Origin: a bacterium
Lineage (GTDB): Bacteria; UBA8248
Assembly: GCA_965202625.1 (NCBI GenBank)
Contig: CBDBBI010000010.1
Location: 2,400,001-2,464,000 of the forward strand
Direction of reading: 5' to 3'
DNA length: 64,000 bases
Every line of letters begins with the position of its first letter. Position 1 is the stretch's first letter. The notes under the pieces were generated by a model that saw only the letters and a list, made by a program, of their open reading frames with translations, ran no database searches and was not told the DNA's origin. A program made the translations under genes and the position numbers. Of this stretch, positions 16,646 through 25,047 are shown piece after piece.

Positions 16646-17834
16646 TTAGCCTCCGCCTTTATCGCCCGTCTCCGGCTTTGGGATTTTCGGGGTGGCTTTT
16701 TCGTATTCGGCAATCCACGCTTCTGCTTGTTCGGGGGTGTAGGCTCCGGTTTCGGCGCCGCTATCCTTCGGCAAGTCATGGCTTGGCGGCTTGTCGATAT
16801 GCGGCTCCAGTTTTTTTCTTAATACCTGTGCTCTTTCATTGGATAAGCCTTCAAGGATGGAATCCACGTCTCCCCTCGTCAGTCCGCCCCCGAAAATGAC
16901 GCCGGAGAGCGCGCTCACACCCCCGACTAACGACTTTATCCGTTCTACGAAAAGAAAGGGGTCCCAGATCCCTTCACTGACCACCGCTTGCAATTTCGCG
17001 CCTTGAAGATTCGCCCCTTGCAACTGCGTCTCCCAGAGATTCGCCCCTTGCAACCGTGCAGCACTGAGATTCGCTTCTTGCAACTGTGCGCCCTGAAGAT
17101 CCGCCTCTTGCAACTGCGCACCGAAGAGAATCGCCCCTTGCAACTGCGTATTCCAAAGATTCGCCCCTCCCAGGCGCGCATTTTGAAGGTTCGCGCCGTT
17201 CAGCCAGCTGCCCGCCAGGTGGATGTGGAAACCCGCAAAGCCGTCATGCTCTTGCGTGAAAAGCAGGGTCAGCAGGCTTTGGATTTCCTCGGAAGGTTTC
17301 TCCGGGTAATCCTTGCGATACGCATCCCCGCTCGTCATCCGGCGGACGTGCGCGCAGAGAACGTCGAGCACCGTCCGCCGCAATTCCTGGTTGTCTTCCG
17401 CCAGATGGAAGAGCTCGTAGGCCCCGCCCAGGCGAACGGAATCCGATTTGTGGCCGATGTGTTCGATGGCGTTTTTCAGACGCTCCTGCCGCAGCCCCCT
17501 CTCGGCGTTCTCGTTGGTCTTGGCCTGTTGTTCCGTAGCATCGACCTGAGCACGCGCCGTCTTCTCCATCGCCTTGGCGCGCCTGTGGGCTGTCACAGCC
17601 TGTATGGCGAGAACGACGCCGCCCATGGCGACGCCCAGAAATTTCAGAATCTGAAATTTGCGATCTATCTTGTCATCTATCCCGAAGAGGTAAAAAGCCC
17701 CTTTCAGGATCTTTCTGGAGATTCGGTTCTTCGGAGAACAAGATGAACAAAAAAAGCGCCAAAAGCACCGCTAAAACCGCAACGAGGAACAGCAACAACA
17801 AAAAAACGGGCAGGGAGTATTTTCGGCTCGGCAT
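16646..17834 (-). pseudogene. pentapeptide-repeat array unit 1 (7 decapeptide repeats), +1 frameshift in the N-terminal region
   Basis: ATG 17834 gives MPSRKYSLPVFLLLLF...EEPNLQKD; an extra base near 17709 (GATCCTG vs GACCTG in unit 3) shifts the frame; downstream ORF 16646-17626 is intact. Confidence 0.78.
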
Positions 17835-17927
17835 GGACGTTCCACACTCTCCTCAATCGAGCGAAAAGCCATAGCCTAGAACGCCTCCCTATCACCGGTT
17901 CAAGCGGGCTTGCATGGGCGCGCCGCA

Positions 17928-18172
17928 TCTCGTCTCACCAAACCCTGCTCGCCTGCGCCTCGAATGGGTGCGGAGCGTTCCCCGCTTGGGGCTCGGACAA
18001 AAATCATCATTGCGAACGGCTTGGAGAAACAGCGGATTTTCCGAGGCGAAACGTCCTGGGAATGACCGTTTCAGGGGGATTGAACGGCTCCTCAAACGGC
18101 CGTGCAAGGGCGTTGCAAAAGTCGTTCAAAAGGGCGTCAAGCGTGAGGGCGGCGCGGGCGTCGGCGTCCTCA
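17928..18172 (+). repeat. direct repeat R2, copy b (longer, with internal insertions)
   Basis: Diverged copy of 12508-12694 on the other side of the pentapeptide array. Confidence 0.88.
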
Positions 18173-18626
18173 CCGTTGCTCTCGACGTCGGAATGCGTGG
18201 AGGCGTCGGCACTGCCGGGCGGAGTCGCGCCGCGTATTGGATGCAATTTCTTGAATGCGTGCTTATGGGCGCCTTCGGCGTCGGGGGGAGGGGGCGAAGC
18301 GGCGGCGCCAGCTCGCCGTCTGCGCGCGGGTGATGCGGTAGAGCATGAAGCCGCCGGCGCTCACCGAGACGAGAATGAGCGCGAAGCCTATCGTCATCGC
18401 CCGCTGAAACGGAGTGGCACGGCGACGCTTTTTGGACTTTGGAGGCGTCCTCGCGCGCGCTGAGGGCGGGCGTTTCCACCTCGGGCAGCCAGAGAAAGGG
18501 TGCCGCCACCATCCCCGCCACGAAGAGGAAGGGAAGCAAAAGGCGCGTGAGATACAGACGCAGCAATGGCGAGAACCTCCCGCCGCCGAATATAAGGGGT
18601 TTCCCCCCGCGCGACAATGCCGTCAC
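18126..18626 (-). CDS. hypothetical protein with one hydrophobic segment and a Pro/His-rich tail
   Basis: LLLPFLFVAGMVAAPFLWL hydrophobic stretch; fills an otherwise empty interval; start uncertain. Confidence 0.3.
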   Translation of the reverse strand: MTALSRGGKPLIFGGGRFSPLLRLYLTRLLLPFLFVAGMVAAPFLWLPEVETPALSAREDASKVQKASPCHSVSAGDDDRLRAHSRLGERRRLHALPHHPRADGELAPPLRPLPPTPKAPISTHSRNCIQYAARLRPAVPTPPRIPTSRATVRTPTPAPPSRLTPF

Positions 18627-18808
18627 CGCCGCTCGCGCCTCCTCCGGGGCGTCCGCGCGATCTGCGCGTGGGAAAGCCGCCGTCCCCCGCTTCTGCGGGT
18701 TCCGGTTTGCACCGTCCGGCGAAATGTGATCGCGTCCGTTTTTTGCCGTATGATGCGCTTCGGTTTCGTCTATCTTTCATTTTTCGTTCCAGTGGGAAGG
18801 GGGAGCGG

Positions 18809-19582
18809 ATGCGGCGGCCGAGAATCGGAATCACCTGCGACGTGGGCAAGCGGAACTTTCCCGAAGCCCCCAGGGTACGCCCCCGCCACGTGCTGATGGA
18901 CGCCTACGTGGAGGCGGTGATCAAGGCGGGCGGAGTGCCGCTCCTGCTTCCTGCGGCCGAGGACGCGCGCGCTTGTGCCGCCGCGGTGGGGGGCGTGGAC
19001 GGGCTGATCATCTCCGGCGGCGGACACGATATCGACCCGACGCTCTACGGGGAGGCGCGCCTGCCCGAATGCGGCCCGACGAACCCCCGGCGCGAGACGG
19101 CGGAGATGGCGGCGTGCAGGGACGCCATCTCCCGCGACATGCCCGTGCTCGGCATCTGCGGAGGGATGCAGGTCGTCAACATCGCAGCGGGCGGTGCCCT
19201 CTATCAGGACATTCCCTCCCAGGTGGCGGGTGCGCTGACGCATCGGCCCGAGAACGCGCAGGAGAGCACCTACGCCTTCCACGAGATAGAGCTCGGCGAT
19301 TCCATCCTTGCGGAAATTTTAGGGAGCACATCAAGGGTGAACAGCCACCACCACCAGAGTGCGCGCGAGGTGGGCACAGGCGTGCGGGTATCCGCCCGAG
19401 CTGCGGATGGCGTCATCGAGGCGATAGAGTGCCCCGCCCACCGGTTCGTTCTGGGCGTGCAGTGGCATCCGGAATCCATGTCGGCTTATGGCTACGCCGA
19501 CAGGGAGGGGGCGGGGCGTCTTTTCGCGCGCCTCATCGACGAGGCGCGCACCTTCGCCAAGGAGGCGGCAGAGGCGGACTAA
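18809..19582 (+). CDS. gamma-glutamyl-gamma-aminobutyrate hydrolase family (peptidase C26, PuuD-like)
   Basis: RPRIGIT, AGGVPLLLP, PVLGICGGMQ, VNSHHHQ, GVQWHPE. Confidence 0.9.
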   Translation: MRRPRIGITCDVGKRNFPEAPRVRPRHVLMDAYVEAVIKAGGVPLLLPAAEDARACAAAVGGVDGLIISGGGHDIDPTLYGEARLPECGPTNPRRETAEMAACRDAISRDMPVLGICGGMQVVNIAAGGALYQDIPSQVAGALTHRPENAQESTYAFHEIELGDSILAEILGSTSRVNSHHHQSAREVGTGVRVSARAADGVIEAIECPAHRFVLGVQWHPESMSAYGYADREGAGRLFARLIDEARTFAKEAAEAD

Positions 19583-19696
19583 GCGGCGCGGGTTCCTCTT
19601 TTCCCGCGCTTTGGGATATACGGCCTTTCTTTTTGACCGCGCGCCCGGTGCCTCCGCAGGGGCGCGCATCAGTTGCATCGCTTTGGGGAGACGGAC

Positions 19697-20764
19697 GTGA
19701 AGATCGGCATCATCGGCCCCGCCGCCAGCGGGAAGACGACCCTGTTCAACGCACTGACGGGCGGAGACGCCGAGACGGGGGGATACGGGGCGTCGAAGGC
19801 GCGCGTCGGTGCGGCACAGGTGGCGGATGAGCGGGTGGACGCACTGAGCGCGATCTTCCGGCCAAAAAAAACCACCCGCGCGCGCGTGAGTTTCGTGGAT
19901 GCACCGGGCGTGGGCGAGGCGGGGGCGGCTTCCCGAAGCGCGGAGGCGATTCCCCAGGCACTGGAGGGGGCGGACGCACTCCTCGTCCTCGTGCGCGCTT
20001 TCGCCGACGCGGGCGTTCCGCACCCCAGAGAGCGCATAGACCCCGCGCGCGATCTGGAGGACGTCCGGCTGGATTTGATTCTGCGCGACCTCTCGGTGAT
20101 CGAACGCCGCCTGGAGCGTCTCGAGCGGACGTTGCGGGTGCGGAAAGACCCGGCAGAGGCGCGCGAGTGCGCACTGCTGCGGGAGATGGGGGCTGTTCTG
20201 GAGGAGGGCCGGCCCCTCCTCTCCATGGGGATGGACGAGGCGCAGGCCCGCGCGGTGAAAGGGTTTGGCTTCCTCTCCGCCAAGCCGCTTCTCGCCGTGG
20301 TGAACGTGGACGAGGCACAGCTGGCTGGCGGTGCGGACGTATGCGCCGGCCTTGCGGGAGACTCCGCCCCGGTTCCGCTCGCCGCACGACTGGAGGAGGA
20401 ACTCGCACAGATTCCGGATGCGGAGCGGGCGGCGTTTCTCGCGGATTACGCCCTGGAATCCTCCGCGCGGGACAGGGTGATTCGGGCGTCTTTCGCGTTG
20501 CTGCATCTGCGGTGTTTTTTCACCGTGGGGGAGGATGAGGTGCGCGCCTGGCCGGTGCGCGCGGGCGTCCGCGCCCTGCAGGCGGCGGGGACGATTCATT
20601 CGGACCTCGAGCGCGGCTTCATTCGCGCGGAGGTGGTCTCCTATCGGGATTTCATGGCGGCCGGCTCGCTCGCCGCCGCGCGCGAGAGGGGAACGCTCCG
20701 CCTTGAGGGCAGGGATTACGTCGTGGAGGACGGAGACATCATGCACGTGCGCTTCAACGTGTGA
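19697..20764 (+). CDS. ychF: redox-regulated ATPase YchF family
   Basis: KIGIIG...GKTTLFNALT, DERVDALS, FFTVGEDEVRAW, AGTIHSDLERGFIRAEV, EGRDYVVEDGDIMHVRFNV. Confidence 0.9.
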   Translation: MKIGIIGPAASGKTTLFNALTGGDAETGGYGASKARVGAAQVADERVDALSAIFRPKKTTRARVSFVDAPGVGEAGAASRSAEAIPQALEGADALLVLVRAFADAGVPHPRERIDPARDLEDVRLDLILRDLSVIERRLERLERTLRVRKDPAEARECALLREMGAVLEEGRPLLSMGMDEAQARAVKGFGFLSAKPLLAVVNVDEAQLAGGADVCAGLAGDSAPVPLAARLEEELAQIPDAERAAFLADYALESSARDRVIRASFALLHLRCFFTVGEDEVRAWPVRAGVRALQAAGTIHSDLERGFIRAEVVSYRDFMAAGSLAAARERGTLRLEGRDYVVEDGDIMHVRFNV

Positions 20765-20794
20765 GGGGAAGGCGGGAGGAGAAGCGACGCGGCT

Positions 20795-21910
20795 TTATGA
20801 ATGCGCGCAGCCGCGCGCGGCGGATATGCGGGAGAGGATGCGCGCGTGTGCCCTCTGGTGGGCGGCACAGCGGATGGTTTTCAGGTTTTCTTTCGCCCCG
20901 CCTGCGAGCGGGCGACAGAAGGCTTCCTTGAGCCTGCGTATCCTTTCGGCGGACGCCGCCTCCGCCTCCTCGGAGATGGCACCCTCCCTTATGGCGCGGG
21001 CGATGGTCTCGAAGGCGCGCGTCTGGGCGTCCTCTGCATGGCATATCAAGGCGACGTCCCCGCCCGCGCGGATGGCTTCCAGAGCGGCGGCCGGCGGATC
21101 CTCTATCGCGCCCATGTCGAGGTCGTCGGTGATGCAGACGCCCGCAAACCCCAGCAGGCCGCGCAGGAGTTCCCCGATGAAGCGCGGCGAGAGACTCGCA
21201 GGCGTCGTCTCGTCTATTTTCGCATAGACGGCGTGGGCCGCCATGACGCAGGCGGGCGGACACCGACCGAGGAGACGCTGAAACGGCGGCAGCTCGCGCG
21301 TCTTGAGGTCCGCAAGCGAGAGAGAGCAGACCGGCAGCGCGTCGTGGGGGTCGGGTGCCATGTCGCCGATGCCCGGAAAATGCTTGGCACAGGCGGCCAC
21401 GCCCGCCTCCTGCAGGCCTTCGGTGAGCGCCTCGCCCATGTGTGCGACGAGGTTCGCAGACGCGCCAAAGGAGCGATCGCCGATGACGGCACACCGCGGG
21501 TTGGAGAGGACGTCCAGGACGGGTGCGAAGTTGATGTTGACGCCCACCGCGCGGAGCTCCGCTCCGGTGATGCGGGCGGCTTCCTTCACAAGTGCGGAAT
21601 CGTCCGCCTCGCCAAAATCCCGCGCCGCCGGAAAGGTGGTGAAATCCGCGGAGAGGCGATTCACGCGCCCGCCCTCCTGGTCGATGCCGACCAGAAGCGG
21701 AAGCCCGGTGGGCGAGGTGCGGGCGGCCTTCTGCAGGGAGGCGAGGAGTGCGGCGGTTTGCGCGGCGGACTCTACGTTGCGCCTGAACAGGATGACGCCG
21801 CCGACCTCGCCCGCCCGTGCCCGTGCGAGGAGTGCGGCGGGGGGGTGGGTACCCTCGAAGCCGACCATGACGTGCTGGCCGGCGCGGACCTCAGGCGTCC
21901 AGGGCTTCAC
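20795..21910 (-). CDS. nagZ: beta-N-acetylhexosaminidase (GH3)
   Basis: GGVILFRRN, IDQEGGRVNRL, NFAPVLDV, IGDRSFG, KHFPGIG..DPH, ITDDLDMGA. Confidence 0.9.
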   Translation of the reverse strand: MKPWTPEVRAGQHVMVGFEGTHPPAALLARARAGEVGGVILFRRNVESAAQTAALLASLQKAARTSPTGLPLLVGIDQEGGRVNRLSADFTTFPAARDFGEADDSALVKEAARITGAELRAVGVNINFAPVLDVLSNPRCAVIGDRSFGASANLVAHMGEALTEGLQEAGVAACAKHFPGIGDMAPDPHDALPVCSLSLADLKTRELPPFQRLLGRCPPACVMAAHAVYAKIDETTPASLSPRFIGELLRGLLGFAGVCITDDLDMGAIEDPPAAALEAIRAGGDVALICHAEDAQTRAFETIARAIREGAISEEAEAASAERIRRLKEAFCRPLAGGAKENLKTIRCAAHQRAHARILSRISAARGCAHS

Positions 21911-21919
21911 GCGCGCCCC

Positions 21920-22612
21920 TCAGCCCTGGCGCATCCGCGTGATGGTGAAGGATTCGGCCATCGCCACGCCCGCCAGACGCCCGGCGTTCTCCAGCCGTTC
22001 GCGTATGCGTTTTTCTATTTGCTCGGGATTCTTGATCTGGGACTCGTGTGCGCATATCGCGCGAATTTTTTGATCGAAAGTATGCGAGACGTCCACAAAA
22101 AAATTCGGGTGGAGCGTGTTGACGTATAAAAGGTTGTTCGTGTGGTGTGCGTCGATGCCCGCGTAGCCGAGTTCGGGCAGAAAATGGTGATCCCGCGCGT
22201 AGATCACCGCCTTGAACGTGGCGTGCCCGATGGCCTGGTGGTCCGGATGCTGGTAGTGGGGGCGCCAGGGATCGTGGGTGAGGATGGTGTCGGGCCGAAA
22301 GTGGCGGATGAGAAAGGCGATCTGGTTTCTGAACGCGCGGGTATCCTCCAGCTCCCCGTCCCGGTGGCGGAGAAACAGGGTTTCCTTGACGCCCAGAATG
22401 CGGGAGGCGGCGTGTTGTTCCGCCTCGCGCGTCTTGGCGAGATCAAAAGGGCTGACGTCCTCTTTCGTGCCCTTGTCGCCGTTCGTGCAGACGACGGTGC
22501 GCACTGCGGCACCCTCCCCCGTCCAGCGGGCGATGCTGCCGCCGGCGGAGAGTTCCGCATCGTCCGGATGGGCGACGATGACGAGTACCTGCTGAAATTC
22601 CGAGTGATTCAA
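21920..22612 (-). CDS. PIG-L/LmbE family N-acetylglucosaminyl deacetylase (MshB/BshB-like)
   Basis: AHPDDAE, TNGDKG, REAEQ, HPDH, AICAHESQ. Confidence 0.88.
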   Translation of the reverse strand: MNHSEFQQVLVIVAHPDDAELSAGGSIARWTGEGAAVRTVVCTNGDKGTKEDVSPFDLAKTREAEQHAASRILGVKETLFLRHRDGELEDTRAFRNQIAFLIRHFRPDTILTHDPWRPHYQHPDHQAIGHATFKAVIYARDHHFLPELGYAGIDAHHTNNLLYVNTLHPNFFVDVSHTFDQKIRAICAHESQIKNPEQIEKRIRERLENAGRLAGVAMAESFTITRMRQG

Positions 22613-22630
22613 TGCCGTTTTCCCTCCTTG

Positions 22631-23953
22631 TTATGAAGCGTGATGAGATGCGAGCGTCGCCTCGGCCGGCTGACGCAGCCTCTGCCAGATTTTCCGTTCC
22701 GCCTCGGCGATTCGCGTCCAGGTGAAGGATCGCGCCCACGCCGCCGCCCTGGGGAAGGTGCGCGCACCCTGCAGAATTCTCGCCATCTCGCGCGCGTAAG
22801 CCGCCGTGTCCCCCTCCGGAACGAGATATCCGCTTTCGCCCGCACCCACCGCCCGGGAGACGCCGCCCACGTCGAAGGCGAGCGTGGGCAGCCCGCACGC
22901 GGCCGCCTCAAGGGCGACGATGCCGAAGCTCTCATAGTGCGAGGGGAGGGCGAGGAGGTCGGCGGCGGAATAGAAGAGGGGGAGCGTCTCTTGCGGCCGT
23001 GCTCCGAGAAAGCGGACGCGGGCGTCCACGCGGCGGCGGTGTGCGAGGCGGGTGAGGCGCGCGACCTCCGCTCTCTGGGCGGGCGAGGCGTAGTCCTCGG
23101 CGCGGCGGGGGGTCGTTCCGAGCCTTCCGGTGTTCTCTCTGAGCACACCGCCCACGTGAAGCAGGTGTGCGTTGAGGTCGGGGTGTTCGCGCGTCAGCAT
23201 GGCGAGGGCTTCGATCAGGCGGTCGAGGCCCTTGACGCGCTCGATGCGGCCCACGGCGAGAACGTAGGCCCCGTCCGGTGCGATCCCTAAGCGCGCGCGC
23301 GCCGCACCCCTGGAATGGGGCCGGAATTTCTCTGCGTCCACCCCGCAGGGGACGACGTGGGCGTCGGCGACGCCCGAGGCCTCCTCCACCGCGCGCGCCT
23401 CGGCGGGGGAGGAGACGAGGAGTGCGTCGGCCGATCGCGCGAGTGCGGCCTCGGCCGTCAGGCGGGCGCCCGACTCGCGCCTGCCTCCGGAGGCGAGCGC
23501 GTCGTTCTTGAGCCCGGCGAGGGTGTGAAAGCGCAAGGCGAGGGGAACGCCCCACGTCTGGGCGAGAATCTCTCCGGCGCGGCCCGATAGCCAGTAATGG
23601 GCGGAAACTCCGTCGTAGTGCGTCTGGCTCTCCTCGGAGAACGCCAGAATCCCGCGCGCGAACGCCTCGACCCAGGCGTGCTGTGCGTCCTTGTCGAGTT
23701 TTCTTGCGGGGCCCGCCGGAATGCGGACGAGGCGGCAGCCGGGTGCGAGGGGAGTGTGCGTATCGGACGCGCCGGATTCCAGGCGCGTGAAGACGTCCGC
23801 CTGAACCCCAAGGGCGGAGAGTGCTTTGGCGATTTCGCGCACGTAGACGTTCATTCCGCCCGTCAGGTCGCCGCCCAGGGGGGAGAGGGGGTCCGTGTGC
23901 ATCGAGAGTATCGCCAGGCGCATTTCCCCCCCTGCCGTCGGTCCAGCCGTCAT
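22631..23953 (-). CDS. GT4 glycosyltransferase, MshA-like
   Basis: SMHTDPL..LGG..TGGMNVYVRE, AHYWLSG, FHTLA, GRIERVKG, PSHYESFGIVALEAAACG. Confidence 0.88.
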   Translation of the reverse strand: MTAGPTAGGEMRLAILSMHTDPLSPLGGDLTGGMNVYVREIAKALSALGVQADVFTRLESGASDTHTPLAPGCRLVRIPAGPARKLDKDAQHAWVEAFARGILAFSEESQTHYDGVSAHYWLSGRAGEILAQTWGVPLALRFHTLAGLKNDALASGGRRESGARLTAEAALARSADALLVSSPAEARAVEEASGVADAHVVPCGVDAEKFRPHSRGAARARLGIAPDGAYVLAVGRIERVKGLDRLIEALAMLTREHPDLNAHLLHVGGVLRENTGRLGTTPRRAEDYASPAQRAEVARLTRLAHRRRVDARVRFLGARPQETLPLFYSAADLLALPSHYESFGIVALEAAACGLPTLAFDVGGVSRAVGAGESGYLVPEGDTAAYAREMARILQGARTFPRAAAWARSFTWTRIAEAERKIWQRLRQPAEATLASHHAS

Positions 23954-24969
23954 CCATCCTCCCTTTTCAGATGCGCGCGGAGAATGTGCTCGTCGCGCGC
24001 CCCAAAGCGGTATTTGTAGGCTTCATCGCCTCTGAGCATGTCGAAGGCGGAGCGGCCCGCCTGAATCGCCTCGTCCAACTTGTGGGCCAGGAGCACGACC
24101 CCCGCGCTCAATTCGCGCTCCAGCGGATCGAAGCCCGAGTTGTAGAGATATATCCTGTTTCCGTAGTCGAAGGAGAGGTTCGAGGCGACGGGATGGCCGT
24201 CCACCCGCATGATCGTCAAATCCAGATACCCCAGCGCGAGCATCTTTCGGCTCACGTCGGCGAAGAAGGATTTTCTCTCGGGGTTCCAGAAATCCGCCTT
24301 CTCCGGCTGGCTCAGCGCGTGCAGGGAGATGAAATCGTCCAGATCGCCGGCCAGGGCGTCCGCCGCCCCCGTTCGATGATACGCCAGCCCCTCCTCCATG
24401 CCGGCTTTTCGTATCTTGCGCCGCAAATCCCGCTCCTCTTTTGCCCCTAGTGCTCCGGCGTATGCGCTCCACGAATCGGGCAGGGCGATGACGGGACAGA
24501 CCTCCTCGCGCGATATCGAGACGGCCCCGCCCGTCGCCTCCTCCAGGGCGGGAAGGGTGGGAGACGCCTCGGGAATCCCCCGCAGGGAGATTTCGCGCCA
24601 GTCCGGCGCGCCCGGTTCGCCCAGGGCGCGAAGAATCGCCCGCCAGGAGGCGAGGTGTGCCCCGTCGGCGGCGATGAGGTCGAGATAGTCGGAAAGATCA
24701 TCCCCCCCTGTGAATCGCAACCGCCCCTCCGCGCCCAGGACGAAGGGGGCGAGTGCGGCGAGTGTGCCCTCCTCATCGCGCACGGCGCACAGGCACAGCC
24801 GCCCCGCCCCGAAATTCCTCCACCAGGAAGAGTGCCACGCGGGGTCGTAAAAAGGGTGCGCGTGGCTGGAGCGTGCCATCAGCGCGCGCCATTCGTCCTC
24901 CAGCGCGGCGAACGCCCGGGGCGATGAGAGAATCTCTGTTTGCAGCGAGGCACATGAGATTTGCGGCAT
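23950..24969 (-). CDS. GNAT family protein (CelD/BcsL-like)
   Basis: ALEDEWRAL, LSDYLDLI, CPVIALPDSW..Y, YLYNSGFD, FDMLRGDEAYKYRFGA. Confidence 0.85.
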   Translation of the reverse strand: MPQISCASLQTEILSSPRAFAALEDEWRALMARSSHAHPFYDPAWHSSWWRNFGAGRLCLCAVRDEEGTLAALAPFVLGAEGRLRFTGGDDLSDYLDLIAADGAHLASWRAILRALGEPGAPDWREISLRGIPEASPTLPALEEATGGAVSISREEVCPVIALPDSWSAYAGALGAKEERDLRRKIRKAGMEEGLAYHRTGAADALAGDLDDFISLHALSQPEKADFWNPERKSFFADVSRKMLALGYLDLTIMRVDGHPVASNLSFDYGNRIYLYNSGFDPLERELSAGVVLLAHKLDEAIQAGRSAFDMLRGDEAYKYRFGARDEHILRAHLKREDG

Positions 24970-25047
24970 CGGAGTTCCTTCCCTTTCATCTTATCCATTT
25001 TATCATCGCGCGCGGGCGTTTTTCGCAGAGGCGCTCTGCTTCGCCCC

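Noticed and set aside
13070-17195. CRISPR-like pattern of constant 18-mers separated by variable 12-mers
   Set aside because: The period is exactly 30 nt and in frame with pentapeptide-repeat proteins; the spacers are too short and constrained (xLxx); no cas genes or leader
12735-17834. Diversity-generating retroelement as the source of variation
   Set aside because: No reverse transcriptase or TR/VR pair is visible, and differences are not restricted to adenine positions
4948-18200. Prophage, IS or integron explanation for the island
   Set aside because: No integrase, transposase, phage structural genes, terminal inverted repeats or attC-like palindromes recognised
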